Below the pieces are notes generated by a model. That model had not been told where the DNA came from. It did no database searches and worked only from the letters and a program-made list of their open reading frames with translations. The position numbers and the translations under genes were made by a program. 64,000 bases of DNA, taken from NCBI GenBank assembly GCA_951406725.2, contig OX597820.1, positions 33,976,001 through 34,040,000 on the forward strand. The letters are read 5' to 3'. Origin of the DNA: Octopus vulgaris. Lineage: Eukaryota. Below, piece by piece: positions 26,294-40,530 of the stretch; the first letter of the stretch is position 1; the number at the start of each line of letters is the position of its first letter.

Positions 26294-27164
26294 ATTTCTA
26301 TCAACCATTTGTGAAAACTTACTGAGATCTAAGAAGAATGGACATAGAGATTGAATTAAATCTTTTAGAAGTAACTGACCCTTTTGATACCAACTGCCTG
26401 AAACTATGGTTCTATGATACAAATCCTCCATTTTAAATCGCCTAAATTAAAAGTTTACTTCAAAATTTCAAATATCAGCTTAATGAGTCATTTTGCTAAA
26501 TACATCACCATTTTCAAAATTAACTGAAATAAATGTATTTCAATAGAAATACAATAATAAAAGAGTTGAAGGAAATCAACTAGGTTTGTTCATCAAGTTG
26601 TTAAGGTGAAGGTAGGTTTATCAGTATAGTTTGTGTACCAGTTACCTGTACTCCATGCTGTCTTAAAGCATGGGTGCACTGGGCAGTTGTCTAGGGACCC
26701 AGAAGATCTAGTGGCCCAATGCGAATCTATATATGCTATGACATGCTGTCAATAAATAATAATAGAGGCCCTTATGCATTGCTTTGAGCAGGATCCACTC
26801 TCAGGTCCTTGTGATGAATGTACTCCTTAATTCTCAGATGACTACTGTTAATCTGGTGTTAATTTAGCAATAAATAGATAGATTAGTTGTCGGAGCACTG
26901 CATCCTTCAAAACTTCCATGCTTTCTGAGATTCGCCAACACTACACCTGATTTTCTCCCCTCCATACACACACAAGCATGTATCTGACTCATGCATTGTT
27001 CGCTTTCCAGACATTTGTACATTACTGCATATACTCTATATGCACTTTCCGACAAGTTGTGGTGCACCTGAGCACTGTATGCAATAATTTTATTATTATT
27101 ATTATTATTATTATTATAATATGGTGGTAGTGGTGGTGGTAAATATTGTTGTTATTTATGTTAG

Positions 27165-27336
27165 GCATAAGCGTTAGGAAGGGTATGGCGTTAGGAAGGG
27201 CATCCAGCCGTAGAAACACTGCCAGATTTGACTGGGCCTGATGAAGCCTTCTAGCTTCACAGACCCCAGCAGAACGTCCAACCCATGCTAGCATGGAAAA
27301 CGGACGCTAAATGATGATGATGATGATGATGATGAT
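27165..27336 (+). mobile_element. SINE-like family D with (GAT)n tail
   Basis: ggcgttaggaagggcatccagccgtagaaac...ccaacccatgctagcatggaaaacggacgctaaatgatgatg; minus copies at 46820-47200, 54330-54500, 63775-64000. Confidence 0.75.
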
Positions 27337-30300
27337 AAATGAATAGACCCCTGATCAAGGACATTCCAGCCATCTCTTTACAGATGACAGATGACAGTGA
27401 GATAGTCACTTGTTGGATATACTAACTTCTCTCTATCCCTCTCTACCTTAAATAACCCAATTACAAGAGATGGTCATTTGCCAGTCCTACTAATCTCTCT
27501 ATCTCATTTTCTTGCACTTTAGATGACTGTAAGATGATCACTTGTCAGATATACTAACCTCTCTCTCCTTCTTTCCCCCCACTGTCTCTATACTGTAGGT
27601 GACACCATCTCAAGAGATGGTAACTTGTTAGTCCTATTACTTTGTTATCTCTCTTTCAACCGCTTGTTCAAGGATACATTTGACAAGATAACTCTTCTGG
27701 ACACATATCTGGCCTGGCAGTTAGCACATTGAGATCATCATCATAAGGTCATGGGTTCAATTCCTGGAAAAGCATTGTGTCTGCAAACAAAACACAGCAT
27801 TTCATATTGCTCCAGTTTATTCAGCTGAAAATAATTACCAGCCAAATCCTAGTGCATCCTTTTCATTCCTCTAGCTTTCACATCCTTAATGTTTTATTAG
27901 ATCAAGGCTGGGAAGACTGAGAGGAGATCTATGTCTGCTCATATCTAAATAATCACCTTAAAACAATTAGCAACCCTCTCTCTCTTTCGGAGAGGCACAA
28001 GCACCTACATGCACATATACACACACGGCAGTAACTTCCACCTACCGAATTCAATCACAAAGCTCCGGTCAGCTTGGGGCTATAGTGAAAGACACCTACC
28101 CAAAGTGCCACGCAGTGGGACTGAACCCGAAACCATATAGCAAGCTCCCTAACCACACAGCCATGCCCGCGCCTACGACAGTATAGTAAAATCTACTAGG
28201 TGTGTAATTCACTTGTGTGTAATGGCTAAGCTATTTTAAGCCATGTTTGATGAAGATTGAGCTGCTTATTTTAGCATGTCTAGTGGCTGCTGAGTTCTAC
28301 AGTTCTCAAAAGATGGGTTATAAGTGCAAGTATTTTGTAACAAATAGTTTCAGACTGTTATGGAAATGAGTGTCAAACCTCTTCAGGTGAACATGCTAAT
28401 CAATAATTGCATTTTTTTTGAGATCTCACAGCAAGGTGAACTGGAGCAAGTGGAATTAAGTAGAAAAAAAAATCTATTGACGACTTTGAACTCAGAACCC
28501 ATGAACTGGGAGTCAAATACTCAATCATATGGGCCAGTTTAGTCTACATATCTAGAATTGAGAGACAGAGAGAGAAAAGACAAAAGCTTAAGAGAAAGGG
28601 TGAAAGCACGAAAGACATAACAGAGAGAGAGAGAGAGAGGAGAGAGAGAGGAGAGAGAGAGAGGAGAGAGAGAGAGAAAGAGAGAGACTAACCAAATTTG
28701 CTGTGATGAAGGCTAATTTTGTTATTTAATCTGTTTATCATTTAATCTATTTACTATCAAATATAAGTATGTGTGTGTATGTATGCTGATGCTTGAGGAT
28801 TAAATCACTAGATAGACATTGGTAATAACTGTGATAAGTGGAGGTGCTGGTGGTTGGCAAGATATTACCAAAATTACTTTGCTCTTGGCTTACACATCTG
28901 GTCGACTTATATTCCTTTAGGGGAACCTAGCATAACTTCACCCCAGACAACCAGCGAGCCTGTACATAATCACTTAACCTACCAATAATAGCCACTTCAA
29001 ATTGCACCTGACTTTCTTTTAAAAAACAACACATTATAACATAGTTTTAATATGCAGCATCTGAAAATGAAAAGACAGGCTGGTCATGGCCAGAAAACCT
29101 TCCATCACAATTCCACTCAATCAGAACTGACTTGGAGTTAAACAATACTGTCACTCAAGCCAAAGAATATTCAACAGTGACTATCTCAGAAGTCATCAAG
29201 CACCAAAAGATGTTTCTGTGGTACTCATTTTTTTTTTTTGTAAGTTATAATTTAATCAGAGAAGGAAGGGGCAGTGCCTACAGTCTTTGCAGCAAGCCAT
29301 TCTCTAGAGTGGTGAGACTGATTTGGCTGATGCCAAGTTTGAAAATCTGTTAGTCAATATCTACAGGAAAAAACCAAAAACATGAATAGGAAGTGAATAG
29401 AGACCTAATTCCCAGTTTCTCTGACATATAGAGATCTAATCCAAACAGACTATCAAAAAAATCTGTAGGGTGCCCATTAATCCTTCTATGAAAATTTTCA
29501 TTGAAGTATTTCATAGTTGTGACAAATCCAAATTAGCTGTGGGTGCTTAAGGATAGACAGATACTCAGTAATCATTCATACTTATTATTGGCATTGAGTG
29601 AGGAACTGCATGTGATCATGTCTTGTATGAATTTGGGGGCTTGCCTGGATATAGGCTTGTTCAGATTGGACTTATAATGGAGATAAGAGCAGTGCCCATG
29701 ACCTTTTATAGGGTCCCTGAGACAGGTGAGAGACAAGGAGGAAGGTATTTTCAAACCAGAGACTTGAACCAAATGCTAGCAACAGAGTGGATTCCACTTA
29801 AAACATCCAAGCTATAAGTTTGGTTAGTCCACATTACTCAGTAACAAAAAAGGACCAGTTTCTCTAACATATATGTATTCCTCCCCGGATGGGACACCAG
29901 TCCATCACAGGATTATTCACTTTTACCAGCTGAGTGGACTGATGTGAAATGAAATGTTTTGCTCAAGAACACAATGCATTGCCTGGCCCAGGAATCCAAA
30001 CCACAACCTTATGATCATAAGTCCAACATCCTAACCACTAAGCCATGCACCTTCAACAAGCTATAAGGTGGTAGTGTTAAACTGAGATATGGATTAAATC
30101 TAATCACCCAATTACACAATGGCAGGATTTGAACTTGGAATGCAAAGAGAAGGAACAAATATTGCAAGGAATCTAGTCTGATGTTCTTACAGTTCTCTAA
30201 TCTGCTACCCTATATTGGTACTTTCTTCTTTATCAACCCCAAAAGGATGCAAGGCAAAGTTGATCTTGGTAGAATTGGATTTAGGGACTTATTTTTATAT

Positions 30301-30876
30301 GGGTTTTGCATGAAATGAAAGAGAAAATACTAAGTTGTAGGGAAGGTTCATTAATTTCATAGTAACTGTGTACTTGTGTGTTGTTGATGTTTCTATATAT
30401 GATAGAGGGTTTCGACATGTAGTTAATGTAATAAATAGGTTGGTTTCCAGTGTTTCATTGATTTCTTCAGAACTCAATATATTTTACAGGCAGTAGTGAT
30501 TGACAGTAAAATATAGGAACCCGTGGATAACAGTAGTGGCCAGTAGATATTGGTGGACATCTGTATGGAACAGTTAGTAGATCTCTGTACAAGAGATGAG
30601 ATATTGATAGACAAGTGTATGAGTGTGGGGAAGAGAAGTAGATAGATGTGAGCTGTGTGGATGAGGTGGGAATACAGTTGAATAGGAATGGGAGTAGAGA
30701 GATATATGCGAGTGGGGTGAGGCACCAAATGTGTGGGTTCCTTATTGGTGGGATGAATGCAGTCAGAAAATATTGTATACCAGCCAATGAAGGTCAGTAA
30801 ATTCTGATTAATGGACAAGAGATACCATTATAGGGACAGGACCCCAAAACCAATATGTGTTTGTTGATGTACTTAC

Positions 30877-31011
30877 CTCGCAGGTTTTGGTTTTCTTTAT
30901 TCATTCGAATTAAAAGCAGAGTTTCTTGAATGGCTTTTCTCCAGCGAGCTCGGGCATCCATTGTTGGTCGACAACTGATCGCCTCTTGTGATGGAGAGTC
31001 ATCTAAGCTAT
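30877..31011 (-). CDS. TBC1D1: TBC1D1/TBC1D4-like exon, helix preceding the TBC domain
   Basis: tctattgcag acceptor, gtaagt donor; 135 nt, phase 1-1; (Y)SLDDSPSQEAISCRPTMDARARWRKAIQETLLLIRMNKENQNLR matches LWQKAILQQILLLRMEKENQKL. Confidence 0.94.
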
Positions 31012-31429
31012 CTGCAATAGACAGAGAGGGAAAGAGATTAGTAGGACCAATAAGTAACCATCTCATATTGGATAATGTAGTCCTAGATACAATGTCAGAA
31101 GGACACATCAGATAATGTAGTCCTAGATATACTGTTGAGGTATGTGGATATTCTATACCTGGTATGCAGATATTTTGAAAATGCCTTATGGAGTGACAAC
31201 CACGCCCTGCATCGTTAAGGGCTATTCTTAGGTAAGGTGTAGCACCCATTCAGTTAGGCTTAATGATAATAACAATGTAGAGGATTCATTGGACACAGTG
31301 TGTCCGATGAATCCTGTACATCCGACTGATTGGAAAATGCTCTGCTTTCCAGCCTGCATCTTATATTACTTCTTCCTTGTTCATACTGCAGTCAGTATTA
31401 CATCCCTAATTTTCTATTTATACTATAGG

Positions 31430-31940
31430 AAATATATTCCTAACCTCCCAGTTCACACCATAGTCAATATAACTAATGCCTCAGTCACACTATAGTCAAT
31501 ATGATATCCCTAATCCCCTGCTCACACTATAGATATAATATTACTAACCCCTGCCTACACCAAAGTCAATATGACACCCATAACCCTCTGTTCACACCAT
31601 AGTCAATATAATATCCCTAACCCTCTGTTCACATCATAGTCAATATATATATCCCTAACCCTTTATTCACACTATGGTTGACATGATGTCCCTAGCCCCC
31701 CTGTTCACACCATAGTCCATATGATATCACTAACCCCTTGTTCACTCTATAGTCGATATGTTATCACTAGCCCCTTATTTACGCCATAGTCAATGACATC
31801 CCTAACTCCCTGTTCACATCATCATCAATATGATATCCCTAACTCCCAGTTCACACTATAGTCAATATACCCCTAAACTTGTATTTATACCACAGTCAAC
31901 GATATCCATAACCCCCCGTTTACACCACAGTCAATATATT
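31430..31940. repeat. About 37-bp minisatellite, roughly 14 diverged units
   Basis: Consensus ATATCCCTAACCCTCTGTTCACACCATAGTCAATATG. Confidence 0.9.
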
Positions 31941-32912
31941 TCTATCCATAGCCACTAATCTATCACTAGACAGTTTCTAAACTACCACTAGCCCTACATA
32001 CAATATTAAATACAATATGAAAGTAATTGAACTCATCAACAACAGCCAGTAAGCCAATCCTTGAACAATATAAAAAAAAAATTAAAATATTGAGCTAAGG
32101 ACAATAACTCAAACAAACCAAGTATGCATGTTATTCCATGCTACAAGGGACATCAGTAATTGCTCTTAGATCAATTTATATATTTTCATTGTTGAAGTAT
32201 TGCCTTATGGAAATAACAAATGTAGAAAAATTTCAATGGATTGAAATCCTTCTTTTAAATGGATTAAAAAATAGTGCCTAACAGTATTCCCAGTATGTTA
32301 ATGACTCACAAAGAAGAAGGGAGATAATTTCAATAAATTGATTAAAAAAAACAAACAAATAAATCAGAAATTAGCTTATGTGCTTTTGTTATAATAGTAA
32401 TAATAACATTACTCACCCCCTTTTTCACACCCTTGATACACAGCTAATACCAAACCCACTTACAGTACTAATTATGTTACCAAGATAACAGAATCTATTT
32501 ACTACAGCCAGTAAGTAAGCCATTCCTTAAATAATTAGATTGCTATTATGTGGTTTAAAAGCTAAATTAACAGTAGCCACTGCTACTACTACCATCATCG
32601 CAGTCATAAGCAAAACATCACTTAACCTCCTACCACAATATCCCCCTCTCACCACTTTTTGAAAATGATAAGGAATAGTTTGAGGTAGGTTTCTGCTAAA
32701 TTTAGCTGGTCAAGCAATTGTGTACAGACCCTTAATTTGCTCCTGACTATTCTATAGACATAGCTTTAGTCATAAGCCAATGAGGAAGATTATGTAGTAG
32801 TAGCATGATCTGCTAGAAATAGGCACAAAATCTCCAGATTATGCCCTGCCTTCTTAATGAAGGAAAGACCCAATACTGGATAATGTAGTTCTAGATATCC
32901 TAGGTTTGAATA

Positions 32913-33068
32913 GGCATAGGAGTGGCTTGCTTATGAACCACATGGTTCCAGGTTCAGTCCCACTGCGTGGCACCTTGGGCAAGTGTCTTCTACTATAGCC
33001 TCGGGCTGACCAAAGCCTTGTGAGTGGAATTGGTAGACAGAAACTGAAAGAAGCCCGTCGAATAAATG

Positions 33069-33128
<60 letters not shown>

Positions 33129-33350
33129 TATGTATGCGAGTGTGTGTGTTTATGTGTCTGTGTTTGTCCCCCCAACATCGCTTGACAACTGATGCTGGTG
33201 TGTTTAAGTCCCCGTAACTTAGCGGTTCAGTAAAAGAGACTGATAGAATAAGTACTAGGCTTACAAAGAATAAGTCCTGGGGTTGATTTGCTGAACTACA
33301 GGCGGTGCTTCAGCATGGCCACAGTCAAATGACTGAAACAAGTAAAAGAG
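32913..33350 (+). mobile_element. SINE family A, near full-length
   Basis: ggttccaggttcagtcccactgcgtggcaccttgggcaagtgtc...gactgaaacaagtaaaagag. Confidence 0.88.
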
Positions 33351-33514
33351 TAATGGTCATAGCAGAAACATCTTTGATCATAAGTCTGCTCAGTTAAGGC
33401 TAATTGGGACAATATGGCAACAACCTGCCACCATGTCAAACGTAAAGGGAAGCATGGGAGAGATTTTATTATATGTGGGTTAAAAGGAGATAAGTAAATT
33501 GATAAGTTACTTAC

Positions 33515-33687
33515 AAGGACGTGTACTGTCGGCTGGTGTGACAACTCGGTTAAAAATAGCATGTCGCCAGGATCCTCTGCGTGTCGGCGTTGCCATAACG
33601 GAACTTTGGTCATCAAAGGATGAACAAACTGAAGACGAAGCGCTCTCAGGGGACAGCTGAGCCATACTGCTGCCAGAGATGAGAAAC
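33515..33687 (-). CDS. TBC1D1: TBC1D1/TBC1D4-like exon with SWRHAIFNRVVTP motif
   Basis: ttttctctag acceptor, gtaagt donor; 173 nt, phase 2-1; FLISGSSMAQLSPES...TPTRRGSWRHAIFNRVVTPADSTRP matches the family motif SWRQ[QR]IFLRVA[ST]P. Confidence 0.93.
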
Positions 33688-33760
33688 CTAGAGAAAATAG
33701 AGAAATCATAGCTGACATGATGACATGGTGTTTATATATAGGAGATAAGGAGGGAATGAA

Positions 33761-33802
<42 letters not shown>

Positions 33803-35289
33803 GTGAGAGAGAGAGAGAGATAGAGAGACAAAGATAATGACATATATTAAAAGATAACAGAGAGAGAAAATTATGAAATGAGAGAAAGGAGGGAATAAGG
33901 AACGACTGTGTGTGGGAGTTATAGAAAATGTTTGTAAAGTGGAAAGAGGAAGGAGAGAGAAACCAAGAAAGTTTGCAAATGGAAAAATTTCCTGGATTGA
34001 TAGACAAAAAATGTTGTCTAATTAAATGGCAACAAGAATGTTCTCTGATCAACAGGCATCAAAAAGTTCCTTGACTAACTAGCATTAAAAATGTTAGCCT
34101 AACATGCAACAAAAAAGTTGCAAGTAAACAAACCTGCAAAATGTTGCTAGGTTAAACAAGCAGCAAAAATGTTAATGTAACAAGTTTGGAGGAGAGGAGG
34201 AAACAAAATTGTAGTTAAGAGGATTGAAGAGAATATTGCTGCTAACCCAAAAGATTGGTGGGATGGTGGACATTGTTGCTAATTCAATAAACCGAAAAAT
34301 ACAAAGCTAAACCAAATAATCAAAGGCATTGCTGATAATACAAAAACCCCAAAACATTGTTGCTAATAAAAAAAAAAGCTGCTAACAAACATCATTGTTA
34401 ATCCAAAGGACTGTTAAACACTGCTAAGATAAAAAAAAAAAACAATGCTGATAATACAAAAAATTGAAAAGCATTGTTGCTAATGCAAAAAGTTGCAAAA
34501 CAATTCAAAAGAATGAAAAAAAAACATTGTTCAACCAAAATATTGAAACATATTGTGACTAAACCAGTTATAAAACTAAACATTGAAGCAACAGAAAAGA
34601 TGGCAAGTTCAAGAAGCCACTCCAAGAGGCAAATCTATAATGTCCTCCAGTCTTTATGCTTATTATGACATAGATACAGATTGTGTTTACTTCATCAAAG
34701 GAAGATGAATTGAAGTACTTTGATGTTGAACTCTCAAAACTCATGGAAGAATATGAACTTAACACTGGAAAATTATGGAAGCCTCATCCATCACACAGTG
34801 ACTCTTTCCCTCCCAATAAATTGCTAACTCTTGGCATGGTACCTATTTGACTGCCAAGTAGACTAAGCCATTGAGAGTTCTGTGTTGTTCTTTAGTCCAA
34901 GGTCAACATTGGTTGAACAAATCTATGACTAAAATATTCCAGCTATGAATATCAGACTACTTTATTTAATGTATCCTTACTTGTTTAAGACGGTAGGGTT
35001 CAGTTTGAAGTAAATTTAGTAGTTATTTCTAGCAAGTTGAATGACTATATAGGAATTCTCTTGTTGACTTTAATGTTGTTATTTAGACCCTGTTGAAAAG
35101 TGTTTGAAACGAGCAATGATCAGAGGTGTTTCAACTGTAGCTACCCAAATGTGAGGGAGATTTGGTTGCTATTTCTACAGATTCTTTGATGTTGATATTC
35201 CCAGAGAATCCCAAGACAGTCTGAATGGTAGAAGCATTCAGTCTGTGGTCCAATATAGCAACCCAATCAAGTAAAAGATGTTATGAGCT

Positions 35290-35490
35290 AGTGAGAGAGA
35301 CTTTGTAACCACTTGATTTGTTAGAAATAGGAGTCAAATTTTCTTCAAATAACACGCTGTCATCTTAAGAAAAATATAAGGACGCATAAGAATAATATAG
35401 TTCTAGATACATCTAAAACACAGGACGGTCATGGTTGGAATGTCTTTGATGATAGGCTTGTTCAGTGGAAGCTGACTTGGGGAAAACAAG
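35290..35490 (+). repeat. Unclassified dispersed repeat family E (core TGCTAGAAATAGCAGCCAAATCT...CAAATCACACC)
   Basis: The core recurs near 3740, 4827, 17160, 32810, 37197, 37336, 37515, 52485 and on the minus strand near 23400, 35020, 53470. Confidence 0.7.
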
Positions 35491-37999
35491 AATAATAACT
35501 GCAAATAAGTGTCAAATGGTTAAACAGAACTATGCCAATGAATCCAAGTTGGTTGACTGTGATAAAGTATATTGTTTCATGGTACATGGGACCTATTTTA
35601 CAACTAGACTGACTGAGCCATCTATAACTGAATGTTTTTCTCTCTAGATAATGCAGTGACTGGTGCTAACCAAAGCACCTCCTCAGCCCAAGCAACACTA
35701 AAGAAATTTTATTCTGAGACACATTATCAAAGACAGGATACTGTCTCAAGACAGAAAGAATAAAATTTAAGTCTTTAATCTTTTGACTCCAAACTGTCCA
35801 TATTCTATTGCTTATATTTAAATTAAAACTTCCCATCATATTCTTATATAAGAACTCATTGTTCAGTTAAATTCCAAATACTGAGTTATTGATAATTTCT
35901 TACAAAGGTATATGGCCAGAAATTTAAGGGGTAAAGAGAACAGTTCATTACATCAACTCCTATACTTGACTGATATCCTATTTTATCAACCACTACAAAA
36001 GGATAAAACACAAAATTGATCTTGGCAGAATTTGAACTCAGAGCATAAAGAGTCAGAACAAATACTGCAAGGTATTTAAAAAAAAAAAATTTTATGCTCT
36101 AATGATTCTGCTAATCCAAGCCAGCTCTTAAAATACCAGTTAATTATTTATTAAATCCTAGCTAATACTTGATTATTTTCAAAATTAAATAATACATACA
36201 GGCAGTGCTCTCTTAAGGCATAGGTAAGATGGTCAGTTACTAGACGGGGAGGGATTTTGCATGTATAGGGCCCATGGGTACAGTAATAAGTTACCCGGGA
36301 AACCCCTGTTATGTCTAGCAGCTAATGGGTAGTGATCAGTTACCCTGTAGAAACATGTCTAGGGGATCAAGAAAACCCTCATGTCTAGGGGCCCATGAGT
36401 ACAGACAGTGGTCAGTTACTTGGGGAAATCCAGACATTTTTAAGGGTTCATGGACACAGGTATCAGTTAACTGAGGAAACCCTCATGTGTCAAGGAGCCC
36501 AATGCTAACTTTTGCATACAAGGGTTGTGTATGTAGGGACTCAATGGGCATTGCTTTTTCTGGGCAGGGGAAGGTATAATGCTATTTATAGAACCCTGTA
36601 TATATACGCAGTGTATTCTACTGGAAATACGGTAACAAAAGGGTTAAACCTATAGCTGATTAGTTAACTGAGATAGTTGTTTTTTGGGGGATGCACCTAT
36701 GTTTACTGGTTTCATTGAATTGTGGCCATACTAGGGCACTGCATTGAGGGAGCTTAATTGAACAAATTGATTCTAGTACTCATTTTTTAAATATGGCACC
36801 CATTTTTTCAGTCTCTTTTGCTGAACTGTTAGGTTACATTGATGTAAACAAACCAACACACACACAAGGATTCCACACGTTTTTGGTCAAACAAATTAAC
36901 TTCCAAGGCATTGGTCATCCTGGTGCTATAGTAGAAGACACTTGCCCTAAGGTGCTGTGCAGTGGGACTGAACTTGAAACCCCTTGAACTTGAAAGCCTC
37001 TTAACCACACAGCCATGCCTGTGCCTAGTTGTATTTCTGTGATAGCAACAAAAGGATATTGAGAATTTCAGGTAGTTACAATACAATTTAAGTGGATGAA
37101 ATGCCCAAATGTCGGTTGCGAAACTTAAACGTTCCCAAATTAACTTATTAACAAGGTAACAAGTTAATGAGAGAGCTCCTTCTAAGGTCGATTGAAATGC
37201 TAGAAATAGAAGACAAATCTATCTCAAATCACACCCCACTATCATTGATTTAAACAGACATAAGAATGGATGGAATATCAGTATTATTTTAGGGTCCAAG
37301 CTAGTCAGACAGTTCTCTGTGTGATTAGTTGAAATGCTAGAAATAGAAGCCAAATCTCTCTCAAAACACACCCTACCATTGTGGATACAGACAGACAAAA
37401 CTAAGAATGGATGAAGTAATCAATTTTTCAGACGAGGGACCAAAATCCTGTCCAAATTAACTAACTAGGAAGGTAATAAGCCAATGAGAGAGCTCTTCTC
37501 GCAAGGAACTGAAATGCTAGAAATAGCAATTAAATCTCTCTCAAATCACATCCTACCTGCATGGATCCAGACGGACGGACAGACAGACGGAAGACTGTAA
37601 AAATGGACAGTGTGTTGAAATGTCAGCTTATATAGACTGGCATCTTCCACCAAATCAACTAGCAGAGATAGTTATGAGGTAGGAATGTACCTATGTTAGT
37701 AGTCCCAGCTGGATGGCTGTACTAGCAACAACAAAGATACAAAGACGTCACTGGTGATGTCAATAATAATTCCAGACAGTCTCAAGTTGGTCTGAATGGG
37801 TTTACTTGTGTGAGCAGTTAGACAGAAAACAACAAGCATTCATTAAAGAGGCTGAGCATCACCAATACGCTCTCTCCCTGAATGTCCTTGACAACACAGT
37901 ACATAACAGAAATTAAAGTCGTTGCCTAATAAGGAGATGACACGGCTCAAGGAAAGGTGGATGTGGGGGGAGAAAGGGGAGATACAGATAGATAAATAG

Positions 38000-38031
<32 letters not shown>

Positions 38032-38080
38032 TACATACATATACATACATATATATATATATACATATATATACATATAC

Positions 38081-38113
<33 letters not shown>

Positions 38114-38186
38114 CATACATATATATATATATACATATATATATATACATATACATACATACATATATATATATATATACATATAC

Positions 38187-38249
<63 letters not shown>

Positions 38250-38372
38250 CACATACATACATATATATATACCCATGCTAGCATGGAAAGCGGACGTTAA
38301 ACGACAATGATATATATATATATATATATATATATACATGCATGCATACATACATACATACATACAAATATA
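38000..38372. repeat. (TA)n/(TACA)n microsatellite block
   Basis: Direct inspection; another large block at 5778-6170. Confidence 0.95.
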
Positions 38373-39884
38373 TATGATGTAATAATTTTAGTGGTGGGTA
38401 AATAGTTTGGTTTTAGCCATCAGCTATAATATTTCTCACTCTTCCTTGTTCTTTGAAATTGGAATGACCTCCATGCTATCATCACCAAGCCTAAAGCAAT
38501 CCCTCTCCCAACCACCATCATCATCATCATCATCATCAGACTACTGACTGTTGCATAGCATTGCAACCATCGCCAAACATTAGTTCCAACATCAACCACA
38601 TTCCTGCCACCAACTTCAACCACCTGCTTAAGCTCCCCCCATCTCCAACTTTGCTGTCATCACTATCATCAATACTGCTTGTACCACCACCACCACCACC
38701 ACCACCACCACGTCACACTGTCTTCATTTTTGTAATAATTAGTGTTATCTTAAAGTTGTAGAAATATAAACAAATCCATGGTATAGTCATAGTGGAGGCG
38801 GGGACACTGGTAGTAATGGCGATGGTGATGTGGTGGTGTTTGATGACACTGGCGGTGGAGGCAGTGGGTTAAAAATACTGATAGTGGTTGTGGTAATGAT
38901 AGTGATGGTGGTGGTGGTGATGACTGATGTAAACAGAGAGAGGGAAAGAAAGAGGAAAAACACAAGGGAAGAAAGAAAAGGAGAATAAGTAGGTAAGAAA
39001 AAATAAAAAGGAAGATATTTATAAAGGATTGTAGAGAGGAAAGAAAGCCAGAAGATTTTGAAATGCAAAACATAAGTGTAATACAATGTTCTTACAATAA
39101 TAATAATAACGGAGATGTACATGCATAGCAAGTGACCTGATCTGAGATCGAGTGCTGGAACAAAAACAATTGCAGTGAACAGGTCATGGTCTCAAAGCAA
39201 TGAAAATATTTTGACAAATTAAATTTAAATGTTGAAGTGAATCTAACGGTTTTTGTATGTTTCTTAAATGGCTTATAAACACCTTCCACGCTGCAATAAT
39301 AATAATCCTTTCTACTAAAGGCACAAGGCCTGAAATTTTGGGGGGAGAGAACGAGTTGATTACGTTGACCCCAGTGTTTCACTGGTACTTAATTTATCGA
39401 CCCCGAAAGGATGAAAGGCAAAGTTGAAGAGGAGTTACAACAAATATTCTACACATCAGGTTTGCTTATCAGTTGTTTGACCATAACCAATTGAACATGT
39501 CCCTTCGTGGCTGACGATATGTGCACCTCTGATCATGAACGGAAGTAGTGGTGGAGCATCATAGCCATGGGTTAAGAGAAATTTTTTGGGGTTTGACTAG
39601 TTTGCCTTGGGAAACATGGGTGTTTCATTCAACATCCTTAAACAAGCTTTATTCAGGGACCTTTTTGAGTGGGATAGGCTACTCAACTTGGAGAAAATTC
39701 CAACTGGGCCTCGCCTACAAGATCATGTGTTTTTTATCTTGATATGAGATCACCATGTCATGCACATATGGTTGTGATGCATCTGCCTAATGTACCTTAT
39801 AATGATAGGTATTTTGGGCTTCGCATATTTGTACTCCAGTGTCACTTTGATGGTATGTACTGCTCTCCCACTCAATAATAATAA

Positions 39885-40530
39885 TAATAAACCTTTCTAC
39901 TATAGGCACAAGGCCTGAAATTTTTGTGGGAGGGGGCTAGTTGATTACATTGCCCCTAGTTCTTGACTTGATACTAATTTTATTGACCCCAAAAGAATGA
40001 AAGGCAGAGTGTATCTTGACAGAATTTGAACTCAGAACATAAAGACAGATGAAATGCCACTAAGCATTTTGCCCAGCATGCTAACAATTCTTCTAGTTTG
40101 CCAAATCTTTTTATTACAGGCACAGAGCCTGGAAGATTCGGGGGAGGAGGCTTGTCAATTACATCAGCTCTAGTATTTGAAAGACAAATACAGCCTGAGA
40201 GGAATTTGAAACTGGAATGTAAAGATACAGAAGAAATACCACTAAGCATTTTACCCGACACGCTAATGATTCTTTCAGCTTGATGCCTTTTTAGTAATAA
40301 TAATAAAATAAAATTTCGGGGTTGGGGTGGTGGTAAGTCAATTACATTGACCCCAGTTCAGCTGGTACTTATTTTATCAACTCCCGATAGGATGAAAGGC
40401 AAAGGCAATCTTGTCAGAATTTGAACTCAGAACATAAAGATCGGCGAAATTTCACTAAGCATTTTGCCTGGTGTGCTAATGATTTGGCCAGCTTGCCACC
40501 ATAATAATAATCCTTTCTACTATAAGGATT
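39885..40530 (-). mobile_element. SINE family B array
   Basis: About three head-to-tail copies; another partial copy at 39295-39428. Confidence 0.8.

Noticed and set aside
31430-31940. Possible CRISPR array or interstitial telomere
   Set aside because: Units are contiguous diverged tandem copies with no unique spacers, no cas genes and no (TTAGGG)n run; the context is eukaryotic
33296-33718. 140-aa ORF from the track
   Set aside because: Overlaps the real exon in a different frame and runs into SINE sequence; the SWRHAIFNRVVTP frame with splice sites is the supported one
34670-34790. Protein-like plus-strand stretch IVFTSSKEDELKYFDVELSKLMEEYELN
   Set aside because: Isolated with no gene structure; more likely a decayed LINE RT segment following the ADD motif
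37843-38363. Long YI/CM-rich ORFs (also at 5801, 10674, 17560, 57791, 62077)
   Set aside because: Dinucleotide and tetranucleotide repeat artefacts
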